From Trichosphaerium sp. ATCC 40318 (Eukaryota; Protista; Tubulinea), in assembly GCA_038496445.1 (NCBI GenBank), contig JALMLS010000299.1, positions 202,311 to 266,310 on the forward strand: DNA of 64,000 nt. Reading direction: 5' to 3'. The first letter of the stretch is position 1. The number at the start of each line of letters is the position of its first letter. Of this stretch, positions 26,497 to 39,149 are shown piece by piece. The position numbers were made by a program, and so were the translations under genes. A model generated the notes under the pieces. It was not told the origin of the DNA, did no database searches, and saw only the letters and a program-made list of their open reading frames with translations.

Positions 26497-27368
26497 TTAC
26501 AAGGCTAGCCCATTTCTGGCGTTCTGCTTTACATGTGAGTGAGTGTGGCCTACAAAGAAATTGTAAGCAAAGTAGTTGCCGTGATCGTTACATAGCTACA
26601 AAGCACGTACACCAATGTGGTTCAGTATTTTGGTTGGATCCTCACGTATTATGGTCGTGAAAGCAGCGACGACCATAACGAGGTGAAAAGCTGACGCAAA
26701 ATCTATGCGTGCCAGAGAAGCTAGCAAGTTGGGCTTTTCTTTTTTCTCTTCTGCGTTGTCATTGAGCGGAGGAGCACAAGCGTGGTTGCCAGTAGAGGAT
26801 CTTACGGGTATACCTTCATGCTCTTTTGCAAATCGCCTATGGATGTGTTACTAGAATCTGGGAGCGTACGACTTGTACGTACTCTGGTTCACCCAGACCA
26901 AATTCCGCGCTAACGCGGGAATTTGCTTCTACCTTGAACACTCCGTCTCTAAAAATAATTTTAGTGTCGTTGTAACAACGGGAGTAACGCACACTCTTCT
27001 CTCAATTGCAAACGCAATTGGGTTTTCATCAAAAGAGTAGAGAGAGAGCTTAGGTTCTTCTCTGGGCAAAAAGTCATCTAATTAAAGGGGTCAGTTGTTG
27101 GGCGAACAAAGTCTATTAAAAAGCTATGGGCAATATAAAAGGTGCTTGCCTCCTTTGCTGTAATCCGTGTAGCAGGTAGAAACTCGTTCGCCACGCTCGT
27201 TTAACGATTTGTCAAATGAATCATTAATAACGCATGGTGCAGGTGTTTGAGCGTATTCGTTATGTTCTATGGTAGTGTTAGGTAGAATTCTACAAATTAC
27301 TTGCTATAACCGAACGTACCAGAGTTTGTTTGTGGTACGCGACCAGCACTTAAAACGCGGCTTGCCAT
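26497..27368 (-). CDS. Hypothetical protein (multi-exon, one GC-AG intron)
   Basis: Spliceable open frame MASRVLSAGR...DDFLPREEPKLSLYSFDENPIAFAIERR...; no recognisable domain; 3' end uncertain. Confidence 0.45.
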
Positions 27369-27660
27369 GTTGAAGGTGGTTTTCTTTCCGAAGCTAGGGG
27401 ATTAAGCTTTGAAGGGAGTGGACGCTGAATAGATACAAGTATCAAAGACGTGCTTTATTAGTAAAGCGCGCGAGTCCGTTAAGCATTAAGGATGAATTGC
27501 CATATTAAGCGACCTGAACTGGGTCGCCGTTCCCTGTTTTACACCAAGGACATTATATAGCACAGCTACTGGCAAAACGCCAACGCATTTGAGACTTTCT
27601 TGCCAAAAATCTCCTGGTTCGTTAAAAAAAAAAAGACAGACGACAAGGGTAGTATTAAAA

Positions 27661-30600
27661 TTACATTGGAAGGAACATCTTAGTAGCACATTCGCTTTCA
27701 ATCTGGTTGAGACATTTGTCCCTTTCTTGTTGGTCAGCAAACTGAAACTTTGGTGCTTTCCGCTTGTCTCGTAACTCAAGCTCCAGTTGGTTTCCTAAAG
27801 AAACGTCACAATTTCACAAAGAAAACACGTGTTTTAAAAAAAACCGTACCAGCCGGTTTTACAAGGTCAACAACGTTTGTGTAAGCTGTCATATCCATAA
27901 ACTTTTCTTTTTGCTTCTTTGTGCGTGTGTACAAAATTGCATCATTGAACACTAGCAGTTTTCCAAGGTATCGCTGTTTATCAATCATTTCTACACTATA
28001 TTGCTCAATAATCTTACGCCCTGGAGCAACCAGCTTCTAGAGATAGGTGTTAGCAATGCTGTATCAAATTGTACGTGCGACGTACCTCCATTGGAGCGCC
28101 AATTATACACCTCGTGGCTGTCAACAGCTTGGTTATATCTTCAGCCTCTTTCTTTTGGGAATTTAAGAAGCTACTGACTTTTTCAACCTTTTCTGATGCT
28201 TCTTCTAGCTTGGCATAATCCGGATGATCCTTATCAGTATATTTTTGCAAATCCTGTAGACAATGAGCATTGATAACAAAATACTAAAGGCACTTACCCG
28301 TAACAACAGCGTGTAACGTGGTATTCTTTGAACTGCATAATATTGGTGGTAAGTGAGTTGCAAAGAGATACTAAAAACGTACCAGGCATAATTAATAAAC
28401 TATAGACATTTAAACCTCGACATACTGGATCCGCCTCTGCTTTCTGACTTGTTAGATTGTCAACAATCTATGTTTGATCGTACTTGTAACCATTTCTCAA
28501 ATTTAGGGATTGTTTTAGCTCTATTAAGTGTTGCTTGAGCTTTGTCAAAGTTATTAACATATGTTGTGTATGATTTTAGGAAATCCGACTGTAGTTTAGT
28601 AAGAAAAAACCGATAGTGATACACCGATGTACCATTAACAAAAATACGTCTCCCAGAGTTTGTTTTGTGGACCACTTGGACATTTTATTATTTAGTGCCT
28701 CGAGGATCATCATATTGTATCCGTAGAGTATCTCTACAATTGAAAATATGTCCCTTGGTTAGGTGAGTTAGTTGTTACATATTTTAAATAGTGATGAGTA
28801 CCTGACTTCAGCTGCAGAAATAAAAGAATCTGTTCCTTGACACAGAGCCAGGAGAGGGTTCTGGAATCGTTTTACAAGGGTTCCCAGATCCCGAACATAA
28901 TTCGCCTCCGTGTCCAGTAGTTCTTGAGCTACTTTTGTTCTCTTGAAGTGTTGTTTCGCTGATAGAATGCGTTAAAATAATAAAATAAACTACCTCATAC
29001 CTCGCTTGATCTTGACCTCATCTTGGTTTTCTGTGATCACGATGCCAGCAATCACTTTTGTTGACGACGAACTCTTTTCCTCGTTTGTGTTGGATTGTGG
29101 CGTAGGAGGTCTCATCATCCCTGGTGCATCCGATTTACTACTTGCTCGAATAGCTATTGCGTATATAAGCATATATAAGTGTAGGAATAAGTACGTGGGT
29201 GACTCGTTCTTGGGTTCTCTAGTGCCGAATAACTCTTCTCTCGTCTACCTGCATCGAAAAGACATTGTAAGTAAAATAGAGCTCAATAAGTGACAATATA
29301 CCTTTTGGATTGGTGGCTGGTTCTGGGAGACCTACTTCAACTGTACTTGGATCCACGTACGCAGGCATCTTCTGTGATTTTCTTTTCATTCTTCTTGAAA
29401 GTCGTTTAAATAAACCCTTTAATTTGTCAGCCATCGCAGCCACAAGAACAACCAGTACCTTTGAGCGCCGCTTTTGTTTACCGCTGGTTTTGGGCGACGA
29501 ACTTGGGCTGGCCGGTGGTGTTAATGTGGGTTTGTTGTGTACACCTTCGTGAAAGCTCTTCACTCGCGTCTCAATGTCCATCCCCAAGTTATTTTCTGAA
29601 GCTTCCTCCGTTACAGCGAATGTAGGGGTTGTATTAGCTAAGGGCCTCGCTGGAGTGGGTGAACTGGATGGTGAAGAATTTCTAATATAAACACTTTGCC
29701 GAACAAACGTATCCTCGAAATCATCGAACACGTGGGACTTTTAAAGTGGTTAGTGGACCCTCAATAAATATTTCTTCGTCTCACCTTGAGATATTCTTCA
29801 ACAGAGTCTTCTTCTAGATCAAATTCTGGTTCATCGTCTTCAAAATCTGTGCAGCATAAGTAACATTTTTATACATCCTTTTTTAAGTACTCACGTGGAA
29901 AATTCATGTTAGTGATTGCCTCAAGTACAATCTCTTTCAAATACTCGTCATGAGATGTGTCCAGAAAGTTTTGTAACACAGTAGGGCCATCTCCCTTTTG
30001 AAAATCGCGTCTGCATTTACCTGCGTTTGTTGTTAGTTCTAATCTGAAAGATTTGGTTGCATGCCATTTATTGCTAATCGCCTTATCATATGAACAGCGC
30101 GTGGCCTAACTTGGTCCCATGTTGGCCCTTGTTCTTTAAACACGTGCAGTGCTGCAGTTATAGCGCCGTTTTGTCGTAGCTTCTCATTGACTTCCTTGTA
30201 CAAAGCAAGGTTCTCTAGCGTAGAAGCAGCGAGAGTTTGTAAATCTGGTCGATCAGTGAAGGTAACAAACGCATTTATGAGTCCTAGTTAGGGTGTTACT
30301 TGTAAACTTGAATGATAAGGGCGAACCGCTCAAAGAGCTTCCAGGGATAAACACCTCGGCAGTCTTTTCTAAAGGAATGTTAATCATACAATCATAGACG
30401 TCAAAAGGTTACCTTCAATAGATAAATTAAGAATAGTTTTTAAAGATCCAGCACTCGCTTCATTTTTTTCTTGGGCGAGTAGAATCAATGGTTTCAATGC
30501 GTCATGATCAACCACAATCTTTCTTGCTTCGCCTGCATAGGTTTTAACATACGTAGTACAGCATGTAGCGTACTGTCAAAAAACGTAAGGTTAACTAAAG

Positions 30601-32290
30601 TTGCTGCCTAAAGTCGTTGTTATTCCAAAGAATATTTTTTTCATGAAAGGAAGTCTGTACGTGCCACTTTAGATTTTACATCAGGTCTTTCGAGCGGGGA
30701 TATTAACACTTTAACAAGAGACCCAATACTATCCAATAGAAGTTGTTGTAAACCATCTGAGCAATTATTAGTATTATGTGTAATGTGGCGTTCATACCAT
30801 TTCCCATTAAATTTGATAAAGCCCATGCGCTCCTCAATCGCACGTCTGCATCCTCTGCAGTCAAACGGGAAAGAATCAGTTGCACAAAATCGGTTTCCAA
30901 CAACGTTTGCTTTAACAAGGAGATCGCGTCATCTGATGTGGTGTTATTATTGCTAACAATATGAGAAATTACCTTTTGACGCCAAATTGACAACTACACC
31001 AAGCGCTACTTTAGCTATTGTTACTTCATTCGATTGAAGGTGTGGTGGCAAACACAGCAAACCGTCTAGCCTTGCAAATTCAAGAGCACAACTGTCTGGT
31101 TAAGACTTTAGTGTTTTCAAATTAATAATGGTAATTCGTACCCTCCCTGACCATTGCTGCGAGACATACAAGAGAATACTTAACAATTTCGCCGTCTTGG
31201 GCTCGCAGGTGTTGTATGAGAGGCTCAACAGCATTATTGTTGCACAAGTAAAGACACGCATCCAAATCTAAAGAGGGATGATTTTTAAGAACTACACTCC
31301 AAATTTGCAGTACCTCGTCCAGTAATTGTTGCTATCGATCGAAGGCAGTAAGCTGTGGTCTCTTTTTGTTTGCTTGCTAACATCAAATGTACTAAACACC
31401 CTGCATCGGCCTCATTGATGTTGTATTTGGCTACAAGTGGTTAATATTGAATCTTTGTACCTGACAAATCTTTTTAAAGCTACCTCTTAGCACGTTAAAA
31501 TATGTCATTGCTAGCAATTTCTGAACAGCAGGCGTAAGGTCTGGCTGTTCAAGCACCCTCCTTATTTTAGATACTCCATCAGTTTTAACAAACATCGGTA
31601 CAAACTTCTCTAAAAAAAAACCGTGTTTGATAAACGTTTGATAGCACGTGATAAAAACGTGATATATTGTATCATCTTACCATCTCCAGTTGCGTTGACT
31701 GCAAATGTTAGGATATCAGTGACATTTTCTGGAGTATCGTCAAAAAGGGCGACTATTCGCCTCACGTGATCTTCAGTTAGGATGGACGCAACTTTAATTG
31801 GTCAGGAACCCACTTTTGTCAGAACAAAAAACCAAAAGAGGAACAAATTACATTACCTGTAGCGACTTGGTTTGTTATTGCTATGAGTGAGTTTATAGCA
31901 AGCCGGGCATTATTGCTCTTTAAAAAATCTAAAAACATATCAAAGCCTACGAGGAGTTATACGACATGCCGTTAAATGCTCAAAATAAAAGATCTGAACA
32001 GACCAACACAATTTAAGTTTTTACACTTGATATTTGCAGTACGTGCCTTGGCTCTGCGAAAGCATTGGTTGGACATAGAACACCGCATTGCGGCTTATTT
32101 TAATGTTTTCTGATGAAAAAACGGTGCGCCATCGGTCTACTACACTGACGTCCTCCGGTACTATAAATTAGAAATGTAGCCAGCGTCTCGTCCTACCTGG
32201 GCTTGTCTTTTCGAGTCCCGTCTCGTATTTGTACAAATAATCGAGCTTGCCAAGTATTTCTGTGTTTGTGCTACCTGTTGGAGCAGCCAT
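27661..32290 (-). CDS. Armadillo-repeat RhoGEF (ARM-DH-PH; Dictyostelium GxcC-like architecture)
   Basis: ARM-like exons (VRLRSAWALSNL, LAASTLENLAL), acidic/Pro linker, DH (ELLDTEANYVRDL, LIMPVQRIPRYTLLL.DLQKYT), PH (LLVFNDAILYT); 5' exons tentative. Confidence 0.85.
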
Positions 32291-32533
32291 GGCGTTTGAG
32301 CAACAAGAGAGGATCTCTTGGGTAAAATAAAACAAAAAATTTGAAGAGGGTTTAGAATAAATGTGAATTTGGTTTTTATAGCAGTATAAAAACAACGGAA
32401 GTCGCGCAAAAGGCTAACCATACATATAATATTTACATTTTGGTGATTGCCAATCTCTTTCCTTATGTAATGGTTCTTTTTTTACTGCAATTTGTTGAGT
32501 TCCTTTTTCTGCCCGAAGCGTTCCGGTTTTTTT

Positions 32534-33403
32534 TTACTCTCCCATCTTATCCAGGATGTTGCGTACCAAATGGTTCGTATTCCGCTGGCCAGTACGCGTT
32601 CGTGAATTTAGCATTTGCCTCTTTCTTGTTCTGTTCGCTTTGTCCTCTTGTAGTTTCATACTTCTACGTTTTATTTTCGTTTGGTGATCAATTTGCTCTT
32701 CATGCTTTTACGGCAGAGTGTCAACTCAAAACAAATTATGGAAAAAAAAAACTTGGTCTTGCAAAAAAAAAAAAGTTAATGTTTGTACCCTTGACTTATA
32801 CCTCCTTTTGAGGTGGTAATACGGGTCGCTTGCTGGACCGTCTCCATATAATTCTCTGTCCTTTTTCCTTGCTGCTTGCTCTGTCTCTCGTTTTTTCTGA
32901 TCAGCTTCTTTTATTTCTTCCCAAATCTCTTCCTCACTTAATTTTACAACTTTTCTTCCTTGTTTTCTTTGTTTTCTGTACTATCATGGGCGTTACAACA
33001 GACTTTGCAGGCGACGTATATGTGTAAAAAGGCGTACCTTTTCCCTTAACCGACGTTTTTTGCGTGTAAATTTGTCGTATTTATCAAGGTCAGGACTGAC
33101 TCTGTGACGATCTTTGCCCCATGGTAGAGCCGCTGGCGCTGTGTCAATGTCGTCATAAATATTTTTCTACACTTATTAGTATTGTACGCGTGGAATTCGT
33201 GTACGTGTTCTAGGCTAGCGTTTGTCTTGTGTAACGCGCTTAATGCACTTCTTTCCTGTTCGCGAGCTTTTCGCAACTCCTTATGCTCGAGTATGCTTAA
33301 AGCTATATTAAATAAGTATATTCACCGTCTTTGTAACAAAATTACCTGATGCTGGATAACGCGGCCTGCTTTTGCGTCCTCTTGGTCCATCTCGATACGC
33401 CAT
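32534..33403 (-). CDS. FYV7/TAP26 (CCDC59)-like rRNA-processing protein
   Basis: Basic protein ending RKRQMLNSRTRTGQRNTNHLVRNILDKMGE, similar to the family C-terminal RT..GQP.M...LL.KI motif. Confidence 0.55.
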
Positions 33404-33726
33404 AGTATAAGAAGCCGACAGCTGGCAGTAGTAATTGGTTTATTTTACGTTTGGAAAATATAGAAATTAGTAGACCAGCAATGCGTTGTCAAACGCTTCA
33501 AACAATCAGTTTACATGGCTCTCTCGGCCATAGCCAAGTTGCTCAAGATGGAAACCAAGTACAGGCGTTGATTGCTTAAAGTCACGTGCTCACAGTAGAG
33601 TCTTTTTTTGGCTTACTTTGGCAAGTGTAACTCTTCATTGTTGTATAGCGGTGGTTTTTTTTACCTAGCTTTACTCCGCTGGCCTTAATCAGCCTCATTT
33701 CGAAATAATAAAACGCCGATAACACC

Positions 33727-35515
33727 ATGGATAAAGATAACACGCCAGAAGACACTACCAAAGATGGCTATGACGTGAAGGACATTCTCACTTGGCCTGC
33801 TTGGCGCGTTGTGCATCCTACAGAGAGAAACAGCAACAAGTTTTTCTTAAAAATGCTCATGGTACGTTAGAAAATACCATAGTGACGCTAAGGGTAGCAG
33901 GAAATATTTTCAAGCGCTGCTAAAGTGTATACGCCAATTTACGCTATATCCACCTATTTCTCGAACGGTAGGAAGATAGACGTTAAATACGCCAAAGAAG
34001 TTATAATTGCCACATTGCGTAGTAGTTCCATGATAAGTAAGCAGCTACACAAATACTCGCTACACCTTCTCACGCTAGATAGCTGTCAATACCGTTTGTT
34101 TTGGTTGGTTGACATGTAAACTGTTAGAATACGTCAAAGAGCACAGACCAATATATTACTTGTCTTGTGCGCTTGCCTCGTCTTATAGTGGGATCATGAT
34201 CGAGAAACAATCAAGGTATGACACACTGTATTGATGTTTTATTTTTTTTTTGTGATATTTTGTAACTCTTTTTGACAGGAGAGGCGCCCTGGTATGTGCT
34301 ACGGATGGGATTCACTGTTGCTAACACCTATAGGCGTCGTACGTGGGTAATATTACACTCGAGACAATTTGGCGGATGGCATGTTGGTATCGCGTTTCTA
34401 AAATATCTAACTACTTTTAGGCTCGTGCCAGGGAACTTGTTGCACCTTTTACGTAAGCTATTACCATTGTTCTACCTGTAAAACCGTTTTGACTACTCAC
34501 GTTTATTCAGAGGTGGCCTAACATTATTGTTTGCATCTGCAATGTCAATATTGTACTACTTGTTTACTCAAGAACCACAATACGCCAAACCAATCTCTTG
34601 TGCGCGCGAATTTAAAATCAATCAACCTTTCCTACTCACTATCACTTGTTAGTTGTTTTGCGTATTTTAGTAGGTGAAGAGGGTAAACAATCTGCGCTTG
34701 AGCGTACAATAGGAGGTTTGTTGTTTGGCGCTACATACACCAATCACTGGACAAAAGTACACTAAAATAAGTGCATTGTAGCGTTTATAACGATTTCGGC
34801 ATAGTATCACGTGCTTGTTGGCTTTATTCGCAACTTTGCTTTTGGCGTTCTAATAAAGCTCCTCGTTGTAGTAATTGGCTACATTCTAAAGAGGCGCAGC
34901 GCTAAACCAGACGAACCAATAAAGTACAGTGCCCTCAGTGCCTTATTTTTCTCTTATATTTCTACTTAGATCTTTCACCCAGCAATTAAAGGAATCTGCT
35001 GGAGAGACTTTCAAGATTGGTTTGTTCCTTGCAACACTAATCGGTGCCAATCGTCTCACTGCTGTCGTAATGCGGTCTATAGATGGCGGAAAACGACCTT
35101 CCCATGCTCTTGTAGCGGGTTTCATATCGGGTATGTTATCTTATTTCGTAACATCAGGAATTTATTGTATACAGGATTATCAATGGCAATATGGCAGAGT
35201 ACTTCGATTGCTACGTACTTTACAGCGAAGGCTATTGAATCTGTCTTTAGTCTAGCTGTTGGAAAGGGCTTGGTATGTTTTTTATGTGTTTGTAAGTGTT
35301 TAACTTGTATACAGATTTCGTCACCTGCAAATATTGGTGCACTCGTTTGGGCAGCTTGTGTATCACTTAATCTGTATGGAATGACTTTTGAGCCACATAC
35401 AGTTAGAGGCAGTTTCAAAAATTTCGTGCATAGAGCAACTGGTAATAGAGTAAAGCATTTGGAAGAACTATCAGTTCATCTTCGTAAAGTCAATAACATT
35501 CCAGAAGTACAATAA
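33727..35515 (+). CDS. TMEM135: TMEM135-like multi-pass membrane protein
   Basis: HPTE, VYTPIYAIS, ATLRSS, MIEKQSRR, ALVAGFISG, SIATYFTAKAIE, EPHTVRGSFKNFVHRATGNR. Confidence 0.75.
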
Positions 35516-35586
35516 AAACGTTTTATAGATTTCTTTATCTTACACCAAATACAATAACTCTTTTTCTTTCTTCAGGACAATGCCAA

Positions 35587-38500
35587 CTATTTTTTACACT
35601 TTGAGAGTATGAGTCCTAAAAGCTTACTTCTGGCTTGGCTTAGCAAACCAGCAACAAAAGGAGCATGAATAGATGCTCGCTCTGCATTTACCACTAAATA
35701 GCATGAACAAACAACAATTACACATCTTATCCGTACACTTTGAAAAGAGCCAATCGTGGAACAACTCTCCTTTGCTAAACACTGGCGGATTAGGAACTGC
35801 AGGTCCAAACGGTGGCACTCCCTAAACATTAGTTCAGCTGTAGTTATATGTCGCGACGTGTATGTACCTCCTTAATAGCCAATTCTACCATATATTTACC
35901 ACGTTGTAGCGGTTTAACAACAATGAAGTTGTCTCGATTCATTAAGGTCCAACGATTTGTATCAAACAGAAAAAAAAGAAAAAGAGGATACGCAAGAACT
36001 GCCCTGAAAAAGTAGGAGGTTTGAATTTCCCGTCTCCTTCCATAAACACAATGCATGTCAAGTTATTACAAATATGTTTCTTCTTTAGAATTATACTCCT
36101 CGCGGCTGAACTAGCAGTCTACACAATTGTCAAACTCTTCCAAAATTTATGCAACTTTGATACGCACCTCATTCACTTCCTTTAGAGGAATATATGTTGA
36201 GACATGGAACATAAACTCGAACTCACACCATCTTTGTACTATTGAATGCGTACCATCCGATTTATTAGCTAAGTTTAATTAGGATTGATGAACAAGATGG
36301 GCATTACCTGTGGTATCAAGTCCACCGGAAAAGCCTTGAAATCCCTCTAATTTTACTTTTCGGCCAAGAAAACTCAGAAACTCATCAAAAGCAGAGCTTC
36401 CTTTTGTGTTTTCGAATATTTCATCTTCAGCTGTTTGGTTTTTTGCAACGTAAATGACACCAATCTTATGACGTATTACTTTTGAATACTTGTTCTTTTG
36501 ACACCTCTCATAGTCGAGTAGTTCCGACATTATACATGGGTGCTACATAAAACGTTAGGTATTAACTGACAGGTCTAGTCTTCTTACTTTTGTAGAAACC
36601 AGTGTTGCGTTGCTAAATAAGGCGTGCTCAGTAATCATCTTTGCTATCTTCTTAATTGTTGGCAGTTTCTTGGTGCGGTCTACTTTAAGATGGAAAGTTT
36701 TATCTCCAGTCCGCACTCTAATGATACCCAACACCCGCTGCCCAGAAATACACGCGGATATTATTATTGGCTAAACAGTTAGTAAACACGCTAGATAGTG
36801 GACACGCACTTCGTCTGGATGTCCTGGAACAGGGATAGTGCCCAGTAAATTGCAGTGTTCATTTTCTACGAACTGCATACCAGAGCCATCGTCGGTGCTC
36901 TCTGAGCGGTGTTACATAAAAAACAGAATACAATTCTCATACCAGTCAACCCTTTGGAAACTTTAAAGAAATTATCTTTGTAGTGAAACGTCGTTAGCTC
37001 AGGGTCTTGAATAAACAGTTGACGGCGAGGAGATTGTCCTGAAAGTGGATCTACGGACTGCCCAAGCTCGACAATATAGCCGGGAGCATCCTAGGTATGT
37101 CAACAACGAGAGTACATCAACTACTACCAAACCTTTACAATGTCCACATCTGTGGGTATTTCGTTTGTCTAAATGTATAAATACAATCAACTTTCTGTGC
37201 AACGTGCGTACGCTTTCTATCTCACCAATGTTTCCCCAAAGATCTTCAAACTTAAGGAGAGCCAGTGAGCTCTTGAACGGTACTTTAATACGCTTAAATG
37301 CATTACTACGCCTTCGTATCTACCAAACCAATTAGACACAATAAAGCAGTATCTAACTAACAATTGGTGGGGTGTCCTCATCGCGAATTTGCAGTCCAAA
37401 AGCTGCTGCGGCATCATACTTTCGCTTTGTGGTAGTACGAGAACTCTGGATAAGTTTAGATAATTTATATGTGAAATTGCAAACTACTACCTTTGGTATT
37501 CTGTGTATCCTGCTAACTGACTTTGGCATTTGAATATGCACTTTCATATCTATGCGACTATCATCTATTTCCTTGCTGGTCCGTAGTGTGTTGTGTTTGC
37601 GCCGCATTTTTTTCTGCTTGGGTCTACTTGTCTCCATGACAGTTATTTTAGTTGGTCTTTCTTTCTTAGGTCTCTTTTTCTTTTCTTTGTGTTTTCCTTT
37701 CAACTCTGTTGCGTGGTTAGCCGGAATCTTCCATAAATAAAATCAGAGGTACTTTTGAAAAAATCTACTATGTGATCGCGTTTACACATTTGCCCTTCTT
37801 CCATTGGTGTACCAAAAGGTCCCTTACGACGAATTACTGACATGATGCTACTATGCTACATACCACAGTGTCTACTTCTGCTCCAAAACTGATGAGTACT
37901 TGTACAGACTGGAGATTGCCTTTCCGAGCTGCAAGATGTAGCGCTATCTATTATTAACACTTATCCTCATCCAACTGTACTTACCAGTCTCTTTCAAACT
38001 GTTCGTTGCATCGACAGTAGCACCGTTTGTGAGTAAAAATAGCAAATTTCCTGGGCCAGACTGTTGGATCAGTTAGTATCAACACTACAATTAGCAAACT
38101 ACCTTCAAGGCTGCGTTGTGTAAGCAAGTTTGTCCATGCTCGTTGCAAGAATTTACATCAACAGTTCCCAATTGAAGCATGATATGAGCAATAAATAGAA
38201 CTCTACATTTTAGCTAAGTTTGGCTACGATTTCTTTTGTAGTGTCGTACGAGTCGCTACATTTACATTGCATCAGGTAGTGTAATGGAGTAGATCCGGAT
38301 GCATTCTTTGCATGTCATTAGTGCAAATATATAAACAATACTATCGTACCTTTGCCCCAGGATCCGCCCCTGCGTGGATAAGCTTTTCTGCGATATCAGC
38401 GTGCCCTGCAGCTGCTGCACAGTGCAGTGGTGTCCACCCGTTTTTGTCTTTTGACTTGGGTTCGTTTAGTATACGTTTTACAAGCTAAAAGTACCGTAAT

Positions 38501-38883
38501 AGAGGCTACTTTTTGCAATAAAACCGTGCAAACATCTGTTGAGCCCTAGATTGGTTAAATAATTTTATTGAGGAATATGATTTACCTCATACGCGGCTAC
38601 GTGCAACGCAGTTTGCCCTTGACAAGGTTAGCTGACCAGTATTGTTGTAAAAAAGGAATATGCCGTTGATGACACCATACACCTCGATAGAGCACGTACC
38701 AAACTCGTCTACCTCATTCACAAAGCAAGAACCGTACGCGATCAGTTGTTCAACATTTTTACTATCACCGAGCTTTGCTGCATGATGAAGTGGATAGCGA
38801 GCATTCATATATGAACTTGTTTCAATTGGCTTTGTGCTGATTGGTTGTGACGCTAACTTTGGTGTACTCCTAGAGTTCTTCAT
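35587..38883 (-). CDS. Ankyrin-repeat + Rap/Ran-GAP domain protein
   Basis: YPLHHAAKLG, GWTPLHCAAAAGH, GSTPLHYL; GAP domain HKIGVIYVAKNQTAEDEIFEN...FQGFSGGLDT, FMFHVSTYIP, MPPFGPAVP. Confidence 0.9.
35933..35991 (-). other. U12-type GT-AG intron, phase 1
   Basis: 5'SS GTATCCTC; branch ACCTTAAT then GAATCGAG; removal restores SGQFLHNFIVVKP. Confidence 0.85.
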
Positions 38884-39149
38884 ATTAGCTAGTACATCTA
38901 TTTGCAAGTGTATATAGTGGCGTCACTACGTGACTAAGTTTAAGGTGTGCACTTTAAGTTGCTCAGTAAAAAAGCAGAATCTATCTGTTTTAAATCAGTT
39001 ACTCATTCCATTTGAAGAGCTTCCACATGGCGCTGCACGAAATTAGGGTAAAGAATTAGCAGTTAGCGTGCAATTTCAAAGTGGCTAGATCCATTTTGCA
39101 AATGTATTTACAATGTATTGTTCTTACAAAGCTACAAATATTACTCCAT

